A stretch of 64,000 nt of DNA from Felis catus (taxonomy: Eukaryota), in NCBI RefSeq assembly GCF_018350175.1, contig NC_058368.1, positions 1,922,001 to 1,986,000 on the forward strand, written 5' to 3'. This document shows, one piece after another, positions 50,284 to 62,504 of the stretch; within the stretch, counting starts at the first letter, position 1, and the number at the start of each line of letters is the position of its first letter. Below the pieces are notes generated by a model. The model did not search any database, was not told the origin of the DNA, and saw only the letters and a program-made list of their open reading frames with translations. Made by a program: the position numbers and the translations under genes.

Positions 50284-51960
50284 TTTTGAATGCTTGACTA
50301 TCTGAACTGTCTTTATTCTACCCTCACACTAGATTAATAATCTGGGTATAAAATTTAAAATGGGAAACAATTAATTTACAAATGTTGAAGACCTTGTTCC
50401 ATTATTCTCTAATGTCTAGAATTGTTGTTATGGTCAAAGTCATTCTGATTCTTTTTTTTTTTTTTTTAATGTTTATTCATTTTTGAGAAACAGAGAGAGA
50501 CAGACTGTGAGTGGGGAAGGGGCAGAAAGAGAGGGAGACACAGAATCCAAAGCAGGCTCCAGGCTCTGAACTGTCAGCACAGAGCTCGATGTGGGGCTCC
50601 ATCTCACAAGATCATGACCTGAGCCGAAGTTGGATTCCCAACCGACTGAGCCACCCAGGTGCCCCTGATTCTTTTTATTTATTTATTTATTTTAATTAAA
50701 AAAAAATGTTTATTTACTTTGAGAGAGAGAGTCAGAGTGCGAGTGAGGGAGGGGCAGAGATAGGGAGATACAGAATCTGAAGCAGGCTTCAGGCTCTGAG
50801 CTGTCAACATACAGCCCAACGTGGGACTCAACTCAAGAGCTGTGATATCATGACCTGAGCCAAAGTGGGATGTTTAACCAACTGAGCCACCCAGGCACCC
50901 CAAAGCCATTCTGAGTCTTGATCCTTTGTATATGAACTATTTTTTCTTTCTGAAAGCTTGTAGAATTTCCACTTTGTTCCAAATATTCTGAAATTTTGAG
51001 ATGTACATTTGTATAGATCTTTTTTATCCATTGTTCTGTGCACTTCAGGTCCTCTAAATCTAGAAGCATATTGTTTAGCTCTAGGAAAATTTCCTAAATT
51101 ATTGCACTGAGGAGTTCCTCAGTTCCATTAAAAACATTTTTTTTCCTCTTTCTGAACTCCTATGATCCAGAAATTAGACATGGACTTATCCTCCAATCCC
51201 TTATGTTTCACTCTTATTTTCCATTTCCTCATTTTTGGGCTCTTTTTTTTTTTTTCCTGGAAGAGTTCCTTGACTTTATTGTTCAAACTTTCTACTGAGT
51301 TTGAAATTTTTGCTATCATTCTTATTTTTTTTTTTATTCCAAAAAGGTCTCTTTTATTCTCTGAATTTTTTAAAAAATATAGTATGATGTTTTTATTTCA
51401 AGGTTGCAAGATCTTTTCTCATCATTTTGAAAATACTAGTGATAGTTTATTGAAAATTTTTTCTCTTCACACAAGCTCTTATTTAGGCTGCCTTTTCATC
51501 TGTGTGTTTTTGTCTGCGTCTTCCAAGTTATAAGCTTTCCTCAGGCTCACATTATTCTTCAAAGGTTCGTACCTGAGAGCTAAACACTAAAATGCTGACT
51601 GGAAGCTCTGTGTGGTGAAGCTTCCTTGTAATCTGGCTTGGCTTTCTGGTTGGAGAATCTTGATATAAATATTTTCAAGTCTCTCCTTCCAGGCTGTTCA
51701 GAGGACCTGGAGAAGACCACCAATTTCCTGCCCAGAGGACAATGGCCTCGTGGCCAGTATTTGGAGAACCGAATGAGAACAGGACATACATCCATTTCAT
51801 CCTACTGTGGACGGTCCCATGGTTCTGTCCAAAACCACGCCTTGTAACCTCACAACGTTCCAGCTTGTCATACTCAGAGAATAATTTTCTGACATTTTCC
51901 ATTTGGGGGAAGGGTAGTTGGAAACATGATGTGGGTAGCTTTTAATGTAAACCTTCAGCC
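50284..51960 (-). mobile_element. Ancient L1 ORF1/5' region with two tandem Can-SINEs (~50452-50665 and ~50670-50900)
   Basis: TGTCTTTATTCTACCCTCACACT.GATT, CTTTCTGAACTCCTAT...CAGA.ATTAGAC..TGGAC, TTCAAACTTTCTA.TGA motifs. SINEs share (CATT)CTGA.TCTT target repeats. Confidence 0.7.
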
Positions 51961-53546
51961 AATTCTCTTTATTTTAGCATGAAACATTCATCAAAATAGA
52001 CCACAATCTGGGCCATAAAACAGACTTTTATACATTTAAAATAATAGATAGAAATCATAACTCTCAGACCACAATGGAATTAAACTAGAAATCAGTAACA
52101 CAAAGATAGCTGGAAAATGCCAAAATACTTGGAAATAAGGCAGAACACTTCTAAATAACATATACATCAAAGAAGAAATCTCAACAGAAATATAAACATA
52201 TTTTGAAGTAAATGAAAATGAAAATACAACTTATCAAAATTTGTGGGAGGCTGCAAAAGGAAAATGTGTAGTATTGAATGTGTCAACTAGAAAAGAAAAA
52301 AGTATAACACCAACAACCTAACCTTAGGCAACTAGAAAGAGAAGGGCAATTAAGTCCAAAGTAAGCAGAAGAAAATAAGTGATAAGTACCAGATAGAGCA
52401 GAAATCAGTGAGATTGAAAATAGAAAATCAGAAGAGAAAATCAAAACCAAATGCTGGTTATTTGAAAAAAAAATTAATAAAATCAGTTTGCTTCCAGCTA
52501 GAGTAATTAAGACAAAAAGAGAGAGAACATAAATTGCCAATATCAGAAATGCAAGAGGGGACATCAATAGAGGGTGGACATTAAAAGAATACATTTGGTA
52601 ACCTAAATGAAATGGACCATTTCCTTGAAAGACACAATCTGCCAAAACTCACATAAGAAGTAATTGATAATCTGAATAGGTCTATATCTATTAAAGAAAT
52701 CGAATCAATAGTTAAGCTTCAAAAATGAAAGCACCAGGCCACAGGGGTTCACTGGTAAATTCTACCAAACATTTAAGGAAGAAATTATACCAATTCTCTA
52801 GAATCTCTTCCAGAAGATAGAAACCAAGGAAAATTTCCTAACTTATTGTATGAGGCCAGCATTGCCCTAATACCAAAATAAGACAACAACATTACAAGAA
52901 AAGAAAACACAGGCCAGCATCTCTCATGAACACAGATGCAAAAATTCTCAACAAGTATTAGCATATTAAATCAAACGATGTATAAAAAATTATACATCAC
53001 AACTAAGTGTGATTTATTCCAGGTAGGCAAGACCTTTTCAACATTCAAAAATCAATTAAAGTAGTCTATCACACAAACAGGCTAAGAAAGAAAAATCACA
53101 TGATCATATTAATAGATGCAAAAAAAAAAAAACCCACTTGACAAAATCTAAAACCCATTCACGATAAAAACAACAACAACACTCAGCAAAATTGGTATAG
53201 AAGGGAACTTCCTCAACTTGATAAAGAAAATCTATGAAAAACCTACAGTTAACATCATATTTAATGGTAAGAAACTCAAAACTTTCCCACTAAGATCAGG
53301 AACAAGTCAAGGGTATCTCTTCTCACCATTGGTTATCAACATCATACTAAAATTTCTAGCTAATTCAAAAAGATGAGAAAAGGAAATACATTTATACTGA
53401 TTGGGAAGAAAAAAAAATGTATTTGTTCACAGATGACACAATGGTCTATGTAGAGAATCTGAAAAAAAATCTATACAAATACTCGTGGAACTAATGGTAA
53501 TTACAGAAGTTTGCAGAATACGAGGTTAATATGCAAAAGTCAATGA

Positions 53547-53859
53547 GTAAAGGTGAGCAAAAGGTAAAAACCTCCCAGTTGTAACATACATAAGTCTTGG
53601 GGATGTAATGTACATCATGGTGACTATAGTTAACAATACTATATTGAATATTCTAAAGCTGTTAAGACAATAGATCTTAAAAGTTCTCATCACAAGGAAA
53701 AACATTTGTAACTACGTGTAGTAATGGATATTAACAAAACTTTTTGTGTTAATCATTTCCCAATATATACCTATATCAAATCATTATGTTGTAACCTAAA
53801 ATGAATACAATGTATAAATGTCAATTATATATATGCATATATATCAATTATATCTCAAA
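53547..53859 (+). mobile_element. L1MA-type 3'UTR fragment nested in the L1MC-like element
   Basis: ATAAGTC.TGGGGATGTAATGTACA.CATGGTGACTATAGTTAACAATACT...GATCTTAAAAGTTCTCATCACAAG, flanked by AAGTCA(A/G)TGA. Confidence 0.85.
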
Positions 53860-54612
53860 AGAAGTCAGTGACTTTCTTATATGCCAGCAATGAACAAGCA
53901 TAATTTGTAAACTGTAATTTGTAATTTAAAAACACATTACTATTTACGATAGAACCACAAAAAATGAAGTACATAAGTATAAATCTAACAAAACATATAC
54001 AAGAGCTGCAGAGGAAAACTACACAGGTCTGATGAAAGAACTAAATACATGGAGAAATATTCCATGTTCGTGAATAGGAAGACAATGTTACCAAGGTGTC
54101 AGTTCTTCTCAACTTAATCTAGAGGACCTACACGATCCAAATCAAAATCCCAGCAAGTTATTTTGTGGGTATTTTAAAGCTGATTCTAAAGTTTACATAG
54201 AGAGGTAAAAGACCCAGAATAGGCAACTCAATGTTGAAGGGGAATAACAAATTTGGAGGACTGACCCGACCTGAATTTAGGACTTATTATAAAGCTACAG
54301 TAATCAAAGCTGTATGATACTGGCAAAAAAGTGGACAAACAGATCAATGTAAAAAGATAGGCACCTTGGAAATAAATCCATAGATATCGTAAACTGATCT
54401 TTAACAAAGATGATTGGATCAGAGATAATCTTTTCAACAAATGGTGCTGGAACCACTGGACATCTGCAGGCAGAATCTCTAGACACACACCTTACACCCT
54501 TCACAAAGAATATTTTCACAAAAAATCGTGAACCTAAATGTAAAACACGAAATTAGGAAAGCCCTAGAACAGGAGGAAGCCTAGGTGAGCTGAGGCACGG
54601 CAATGACATTTT

Positions 54613-56068
54613 GTTTATTTATTTATTTATTTAGAACATTTTCTTGGAACTTGTCATTGTAATGGCTTAAATTTCTTCTTAAAAAATAACTTTCCGTAAG
54701 TTACAATTAGCATTTTCACCAATACTAACAGGGTCACTCAATGAAATATCAACAGCAAAAGAAAAAACACGATTAACGAAGAAGTTAAATGTTTTAGTAT
54801 TAAACTATTTATCTTCCTGCAAGGTTGTTGCCGCGTTGTATAAAAATGGCACCAGGAGGTCACCTGGGTGGCTCAGTCAGTTGAGCATCTGACTCTCGAA
54901 TCTGGCTCAGGTCATGATCCCAGGGTTATGGGATCAAGCCCCCATTGGGCTCCATGCTGAGCATAGAGCTTGCTTAAGATTCTCTCTGTCTCTCTCTGTC
55001 TCTGTCTCTCTGTCTCCCTGTATCCCTCTCCCCCACTCATTCTCTCTCTCAAAAATAAAAATAAAGAAAAATGTTAAAAATGGCACCAGGAAGCAGTATA
55101 TTGCCAAATTGCTCTTTATCTGACACTGTACAGCTAAGAAACCTTTCTCCATGGCCATTTATTTCCAAGCGGAAGATCATTTAGATATTTCCACTCCAAT
55201 CCAGGAATACATGTAAGCAAGTTACAATATTCCCTGAGACTTAAGATAACAATGTTATCCTCGAATTACATAATTTTTATAACTAGTTTTTAAGCACGGA
55301 TACTTTCAGGCCTCTGAATGTTATAAATGGAACCTAGCCTAAAAATCATAAGGTTTTGCAAAAATAAACGCACGCTGTGTTTATCTGCAGTCATTAGAGA
55401 GGTAGGGGGTGTTTTCTTCCATTAGCATTGTTGCAAGTACGTTCTTTGTCCATTGGTATTGTTAAAAATTGCTGTTTTAAAATCCTCTATGTACCACTAA
55501 TTTAAGACATCTATGCTAGATTAAGTTCTTTCATAGTAGTTTGTTTAGGGGTTCCGTTTTCACTCCTCAGTAGGTTTATGTATTTCTCACATGCTTCTCA
55601 TTACTTCTCATTACTTCACACGGTTCTGGAGGATTACTGAGTGTTATTTTGATCAGCCAACCATCTTCATAACAAGATTTGCTGACAAGTCCTGGATTTT
55701 CTGCAAGAGCTTCATTAATTTCAGTTACTTCTCCTGATAGAGGAGAATAGAGTTCCCTAGCAGCATTCACACTTTCTAAAGACCAAACTCATGTTGCTTG
55801 TTCAATTTTGTCCCAACTTCAGGCAGACTACAGTGAACAACATCTCCCAAAGCTTCCTGTGCAAAATTGCTGGCTCCCCCTGCTCCGGTTCCATTTTCCG
55901 TTGTTACCCATTCGTGTTTGTCTGTGAATTTATGCACGTAGAGCAGAGCAGAGCCCGCACACTGCTCCCAGATGGTGCCAGCCCCCAGCCCCAGGGTCGC
56001 AGCCTCCAAAGTCCACACTGCTCCTAGTGCCAGTTCTCATGTTTGCAGAGGTGTTGGGCTCACAGTCT
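54613..56068 (-). pseudogene. GCSH: Processed pseudogene of glycine cleavage system H protein (5'UTR, disabled CDS ~56040-55560, long 3'UTR, decayed A-tail)
   Basis: Intronless peptides [14 protein letters not shown]...[30 protein letters not shown] and [36 protein letters not shown] in two frames (frameshift ~55781). (TTTA)n tail at 54613-54632. 14-bp TSD GGCAATGACATTTT at 54599-54612 and 56069-56082. Confidence 0.96.
54858..55074 (+). mobile_element. Can-SINE inside the GCSH pseudogene 3'UTR
   Basis: Perfect TSD TAAAAATGGCACCAGGA at 54841-54857 and 55075-55091. Confidence 0.94.
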
Positions 56069-56082
56069 GGCAATGACATTTT

Positions 56083-56322
56083 ATTTTATTTTATTTTATT
56101 TTATTTTATTTTATTTTATTTTATTTTAATTTAAATTTAATTTGAGAGACAGAGAGAGAGCATGTGCACAAGCAGGGGAGAGGGGCGGAGGGGGAGAATC
56201 TTAGGCAGGCTCCACACTCAGTGTGGAGCCCAACACAGGGCTGGATCCCATGACATTGGGATCATGACCTGAGCTGGAATCAAGAGTCGGATGCTCAACC
56301 AACTGAGCCACCCAGGCACCTC
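56083..56322 (-). mobile_element. Can-SINE with (TTTTA)n tail abutting the GCSH pseudogene 5' end
   Basis: Reverse head ends at ~56322, flanked by GCAATGACATTTT / GCACTGACATTTT. Confidence 0.93.
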
Positions 56323-56886
56323 TAGCACTGACATTTTAGATAGAACATTGAAGGCACGATCCATGGAAGAAAGAAAGAATTGGTTAGCTGAACTTAATTG
56401 AAATTAAAGATTTCTTCACTGTGAAACACAATGTCAAGAGAATGAGATGATAAACCACAGACAGGGAGAAATTGTTTGCAAAGGACACATCTGACAAAGG
56501 ACATAATATACATAGAATTCTTAAAATTCAACAATAATAGAACAAGTATTCTGATTTTAAAATAGGCTAATGATCTGAAAAGAAGCCTCACTAAAGAAGA
56601 TATACAGATGGCAAGTTAGCATATGGAAAAATGTCCAACATTATACGTCATCAGGGAATCGCTAATTGAAACAGTGAGATATCACATTATACACCTGTTA
56701 GAAGGGCCAAGATCCCAAACACGGACCACACCAAATGCTGGTGAGGATGTGGGGCAATGGGAACTCATTCACTGCCGGTAGGAATGCAAAATGGCTCAGC
56801 CACATCAGTGGCTCACGAAACTAACATACTCCCACCGTATGATCTAGCAATCGTGCTCCCTGGAATTTACCCGGAGTTGAAAAGTA

Positions 56887-57345
56887 CGGCAGTCCACCCT
56901 TATCTGTGCTCTCACTTCCCACGGCCCAGTTACCCACCATCAACCACCGGCTTAAAGCAGAAGATCCTCTTTCTAACTTATTGTCAGAAGGTTAGCATTA
57001 GCCTAATTCTACACCACCAATGCCTAGGTCGTTCACCTCACTCGGTCCCACTGCATGGGCATTTTACCACCTCATACTGTCACAAGAAGCGTGAGCACAG
57101 TACAGTTAGGTATTTTGAGAAAGAGAAAAACCACAGTCACATAACTGTCATTACAGGATATTGTTACAAGTGTTCTATTATTAGTTCTTGTTAATGGCTT
57201 ACGGTGTCTCACTGACAAATTAAACCGTATCACAGGTATACACGTACAGGAAGAGTATAGCATATATAGGGTTCCATACTATCTGAGGCTTCAGGCATCC
57301 GGTGGGGACATTGGACACGTCCCCCATGGATAAGGGGAGACTACG
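56887..57345. mobile_element. MER44/Tigger7-type Tc1-mariner element
   Basis: Terminal inverted repeats CGGCAGTCCACCCTTATCTGTG / CATGGATAAGGGGAGACTACG with TA on both sides. It interrupts the L1 text TTGAAAAGTA|TGTCCACACAA. Confidence 0.87.
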
Positions 57346-57987
57346 TATGTCCACACAAGAACCTGCACGTGGGTGTTTAAAACAGTTTTATTCATAACTG
57401 CCCAAACTTGGAAGCAACTAAAATGTCCTTCAGCAGGTGAGTAGATAAATAAACCATGGTACATTCAGACAATGGAATATTATTCAGTGCCAAAGAGGAA
57501 TGAGCCATCAAGCCATGAAAAGTCACAGAGGAACCTTAAATGCCTACTAAGTGAAAGAAGCCAGTCTTAAAAGACTATACATATTGTTTGATTTCAACTC
57601 TATGACATTCTGGAAAAGGCAAAACTATAGACTGTAAAAAGCCAGTGGTTCCCAGAGGCTTAAGGAGGTTAAGTCAGTGAAGCAAAGGATTCTCAGGGCG
57701 TGAAACTACTGTGTACGATGCTGTGATGGTGGATACATGACACGATATATTTGCCAAAACCCATAGAATGTACAACACTAAGTTGAATTCTAATGTAAAC
57801 TATGGACTTGGAATGAGAACGACGTGTCAGCATGACTTCTTTGATTACAACAAATGTACTCTGGTGGGGGTGTTGATAACGTGGGAGGCTATGCACGCGT
57901 GGGGGCAGGGTGTATGGGAAACCTCTGTACTTTCCATTTCATTTTGCCATGAACCTAAAGCTGCTCTAAAAAAAAAAAGGCATATTA

Positions 57988-58188
57988 GGGGCACCTGGGT
58001 GGCTCAATCGGTTAAGCGTCTGACTTCGGCTCAGGTCACGATCTCACGGTTCGTGGGTTCAAGCCCCACATCGGGCTCTGTGCTGACGGCTCAGACCCTG
58101 GAGTCTGCTTCGGATTCTGTGTCTCCCTCTCTCTCTCTGCCCCTCCCTCACTTGTGCTCTGTCTCTCTATCAAAATTTTAAAAAAAGC
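57988..58188 (+). mobile_element. Can-SINE
   Basis: TSD AAAAA(G/A)GCATATTA. Confidence 0.93.
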
Positions 58189-58586
58189 ATATTAATTTTA
58201 AAAAATCTCTTTTCTGCCATTTTAGTGGTGTCAGGGGAGAGAGAAAATGTAGACACAGTCAGAGTTGATTCTTAGATGCCTAAATCAAGACGCTACGCCG
58301 AAACCGAGAAGTGTGTTGAAGGAGCGATGGCTGGTGGAAAACACTAAGAAGCTGGTTACTTTGGGCCCTGAGGGAATAACTAGGCCTCTTGGTACAAACT
58401 GAGGGCAAAGGAATAGATACTCACTAAAGAGGGTCCGATGGTTTGTGTAAGAATCCAGGATAATAAATATCCTGGCCCTGCCAGATGCTGAGTAATGGAG
58501 AGCCTTCAAGCTTCCTCACTGCAAAAGATTCCTGACCCAGGAGGGAGAATATGGCCAATGTACACGCAACAGAGGTAGAGATCTCA

Positions 58587-58623
<37 letters not shown>

Positions 58624-58814
58624 CACATTCTGAGCCATCTCTGTGCTAGGTTCTAGGTCCACAGAATGCCTGCACTTGGCTGTATAACCACCAACAGGCA
58701 AGGCAAGTGAAGCCTTTTCTGCAAATATAGAAAAACCTCAGAGTCATAAATAACACACACACACACACACCCCCCAAGTGGAGCTCCTAGTCACCTTCAG
58801 TGCTTGATACTTTG

Positions 58815-58942
58815 TTTTATTTTATTTTTTCTTCTTATAATTTAGAATTAATTTTCTTTCTATAATTTAGAATAAATAAAAAAATTTTCTTTTTATAATC
58901 GTATCCAAGTTAGCACACGGTGCAACAATGATTTCAGGAGTC
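58815..58942 (-). mobile_element. Very short felid L1 3' end
   Basis: Reverse of ACTCCTGAAATCATTGTTGCAC...GCTAACTTGGAT (compare 21738-21780). Perfect TSD CTTGATACTTTG at 58803-58814 and 58943-58954. Confidence 0.8.
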
Positions 58943-58999
58943 CTTGATACTTTGAACAAGAATGGATAGCAAAAGGAAAGGTGCATCGTTCATTAAATA

Positions 59000-60575
59000 T
59001 ACTGGAGAGTCCAAAAATAAATCTTTAAATTTATGGTCGGTTAATCTTTGGCAAGAATGCTAAGACAATCCAATGGGAAAAGAATAGTCTTTTCAACAAA
59101 TGGTCGACATTCACAAGCATACTAATGAAATCATACCCCTTCATCTCACCATACACACAAATAAATTGAAAATAAATCATAGAGCGAAATGTAAGGGCTA
59201 AATTAAAAAAAAATTTAAAGAAAATATAGGAGTAAATTTTCATGACTCTGGGCCAGGAAAGCCTTCTCAGACACGACACCAACAGCAAACCCACCAAAAT
59301 AAAAAATAAATAAATTGAACTTCGCCAAAATGAAACATTTAGGGGCATCAAAGAATACTGCCAAAAAAGTGAAAAGACAGGGGCGCCTGGGTGGCTCAGA
59401 TGGTTAAGTGTCCGACTTCGGCTTCGGTCATGGGCTCACAGTTTCTGGATTTGAGCCCACGTTGGGCTCTGTGCTGACGGCTCAGAGCCTGGCACCTGCT
59501 TCGGATTCTGTGTCTCCTCCTCTCTGCCCCTTCCCTACTAATGCTCTCTCTCTCTCTCCCTCCCTCTCTCTCTCAAAATAAGTAAACATTAAAATTTTTT
59601 TTAAAAGTGAAAAGACAACACATTTCCCAGAATGGAAGGTATCTGCAAACCGTATTTCTGATAAGGCTCTTGTCTCTAGAATATAATAAAGAACTCTTAC
59701 CACTCAATAAGAAAAAAGCAATAATCCAATTTTTAAAATGGGCGAGAAATTTGAAGAGACGCTTCTCCAAAGAAGATATAAAGATGGCCACTAAGCACGT
59801 GAAAAGAGGCTAACATCCTTAGTCACTAGGGAACTACAAATCAAACCCACAACGATACTACTCCATACCTGCCAGGATGCCTATAACAAAAATGATAGAT
59901 AGGAACAGGTATTGATGACATTGCAAAGGAGTTGGAGCCCTCATACGTTGCCGGTGGGAACGTGAAACCCCGCAGTGGCTTGGAAAACAGTCTGGCAGTT
60001 CCACCAAAGGTCAATTACAGAGTTACCATTTGCACCAGCCTTTCCACCACCGGGCACATACCCAAAAGAAATGAAACCACACATCCACACAAAAACTTGT
60101 TCACGAATGCTCATAGCGGTATTATTCTACATAGCCAAAAAGTAGAAATAACCCAAATGTTCATCAACTGATAAACAGGATAAATAAAATGGGGTAAATC
60201 TGCATAATGCAATATTATTTGCAATGCAAAGGAATGACACGTACTACAACATGGATGAACCTTTAAAGCATTATGCTGAGTGAAAGAAGCCAGTCACCAA
60301 AAGCCATAGATAGTATGACTCTATTAGTATGAAATGTCCGGAACAGGCAAAGCCGTAGAGACAGGAAGCAGATTCATGATTGCCGAGCGTGGGCACCTGA
60401 ATGGGGACGAAAAATGGGAGCGATCGCCAAAGGGAACAGGGTTTCCCTCGCGATGAAAATTAAAATGTTACGAAATTATGGTGATGTTTGCCCAACTGTG
60501 AATATCCTAAAAACGTTAATTTTGGACTTTAAATGGGTGGATTTTATGGATTTATGTGAATTATATTTCATTAAG
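59000..60575 (+). mobile_element. Old L1 ORF2 3' part and 3'UTR with a nested Can-SINE (~59380-59600)
   Basis: IIQFLKWARNLKRRFSKEDIKMATKHVKR, TGGAAAACAGTCTGGCAGTTCC, CATGGATGAACCTT.AA..CATTATGCTGAGTGAAAGAAGCCAGTCAC. SINE TSD AAAAGTGAAAAGACA. Confidence 0.9.
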
Positions 60576-60599
60576 GGGGACTTGCTTTTAAAGACTTTA

Positions 60600-61800
60600 A
60601 GCAGTCTCTGCACCCATTGTGGGGCCTGAACTCACAACTCCAAGATCAAGAATCGCATGCTCCACTGACTGAGCCACCAGGTGCCTCTAAAGCTACTTAA
60701 AAAAAAAAAAAAAAAAAAGATGGCCAGAGTCAGAAGGAAAGCTTCCAACATGAAAGAGAAAGAATAGAGGAAAACAAAGAAGCAAGCAGCAAAAAGGCAC
60801 CCAGAGACAGCTTGGGAAACCACAGAAAACCCTGAAAATAATAACAGGGCTAATAAACACTAATACTGAGGGGCATCCCGGTGGCTGAGTCGGTTGAGCG
60901 TCTGACTTTGGCTCAGGTCATGATCTCGTGGTCCATGAGTTCAAGCCCCACGTTGGGCTCTGTGCTGACAGCTGGGGGCCTGGAGTCTGCTTTGGATTCA
61001 GTGTCTCCCTCTCTCTCTGCTCCTCCCCCACTAATGCTATGTCTCTCTGTGTCAAAAATAAACATTAAAAAAAAAACCCACTAATACTGAAGACATAAAA
61101 CAAGAAAAGGTTTCTTAAAGATTAAGAATGAACTCTTGGGAATTAAAAAGATATTGCTTGCCCCTCCCCCCCCAAAGTTTAATATGAAATCCGCAAGATA
61201 ATGTCAATGAACTCTTCTCGAAAGTGGAATCAAAAGACATGAGAGCATATAAACAAGAAAATCGGAGGATAAATTGAGGAGTCCCAATGGGAGTTCGAGA
61301 ACAAAGTGAATAAAATTCAAAGTAACACAAGGAAACTTCCCAGAACTGAAGGGCACAAGCCTCTAGTTTGAAAGCTCCGTGTGTTCAGGATAATCAATGA
61401 AGAACAGCGTATATCAAGGAACGTCATCATCAAGTGGAGAGCGCTGGGTATACAGACATGACTCTAAATCCTTCCAGAGACAGAGATAAAAGGCCACTCA
61501 TACAGGACTGAGAATCCCAACGGCATCAGACTGCTGACAGCAACAGCTGAAGCAGGAAACAAAGGATGAACGCCTTCCAAACGCATGTGAATTTTCATCC
61601 TGGAATTTTATGCGTGCCCATATTTTCAATCAAGTACCAAAGGGGTATTTTCAGACAAGCAAGGACTCTGAACGTTTTTTAGGTATAAATCCTGCAAAAC
61701 GAAGATACAGCTTTTGGCAAAAATGGGATCCGACACAGGAAAGTGACAAAGAGAACTCCCAAGACGACAGCCGCTTGTCGGGTTTGGAGAGCAGCCGGTG
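60600..61800 (+). mobile_element. Ancient L1 ORF1-like region with Can-SINEs (short minus ~60600-60686, plus ~60870-61075)
   Basis: AAACTTCCCAGAACTGAAGG.CA..AG.CTC.AG.TTGAAAG, GGCATCAGACT.CT.ACAGCAACA.CTGAAGC. SINE TSD CACTAATACTGA. Confidence 0.65.
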
Positions 61801-61877
61801 CAGACTGGGAGGAGGTGGACAAAGCATTTGTGCTCCTGGAACACAGTCTGGCATTTGGCAGATCTGTTGCAGCGACT

Positions 61878-61950
61878 GGGAAGGAAGGAAGGAAGGGAAG
61901 AAGGAAGGGAGCGAGGGAGGGAGAAAGGAAGGGAGGGAGGAGAAAAGGGT
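61878..61950. repeat. (GGAA/GGGA)n polypurine repeat
   Basis: Directly visible. Confidence 0.9.
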
Positions 61951-62041
61951 GGATGGACAGACAAAAACACGTGTAGGTTCAAAGAAAACAAAGCAAATGG
62001 AAAAATGAGGTAGTTATTAAGAACAAGAGGGGACAAAATTT

Positions 62042-62263
62042 CTTTTTTTTTTTTTTTTTAACATTTATTTATTTTTGGGACAGAGAGAGACACACAGCAT
62101 GAACGGGGGAGGGGCAGAGAGAGAGGGAGACACAGATACGGAAACAGGCTCCAGGCTCTGAGCCATCAGCCCAGAGCCTGATGCGGGGCTCGAACTCCCG
62201 GACCGCGAGATCGTGACCTGGCTGAAGTCGGACGCTCAACCGACTGCGCCACCCAGGCGCCCC
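62042..62263 (-). mobile_element. Young felid Can-SINE
   Basis: Perfect TSD AAGAGGGGACAAAATTTCT. Confidence 0.96.
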
Positions 62264-62504
62264 AAGAGGGGACAAAATTTCTATAAGAAGAGAAACATAG
62301 TCACAATATAGTATTCGGCTCCAAGGCTACTTAGTGTAGTCTTAGTAGTGATATTTCCATTGACAATTGATTTAAAAATTGTGATCGAACTCTATTAGGA
62401 AACAGGGGTTGGTAAGGGGACTGTAAGAGAATCAGCAGGAAATGCTATTGATAAAAAATAGTTGAAATAAGTAAGTCAAGCAATAGCATTAAAAGTTTAT
62501 TACA

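Larger units (their letters stand above)
51968..57978 (+). mobile_element. L1MC-like element (ORF2 to 3'UTR) hosting several nested insertions
   Basis: AAAATAGACCACA.TCTGGGCCATAAAACA, AAAGCACCAGGCC...TTCACTGGT.AATTCTACCAAACATTTAAGGAAGAA, and 3'UTR CTAATGTAAACTATGGACTT...GAACCTAAA.CTGCTCTAAAAAA. Confidence 0.92.

Noticed and set aside
55576..56018. Functional GCSH retrogene
   Set aside because: Disrupted start, shortened transit peptide, frameshifts and loss of the lipoyl lysine.
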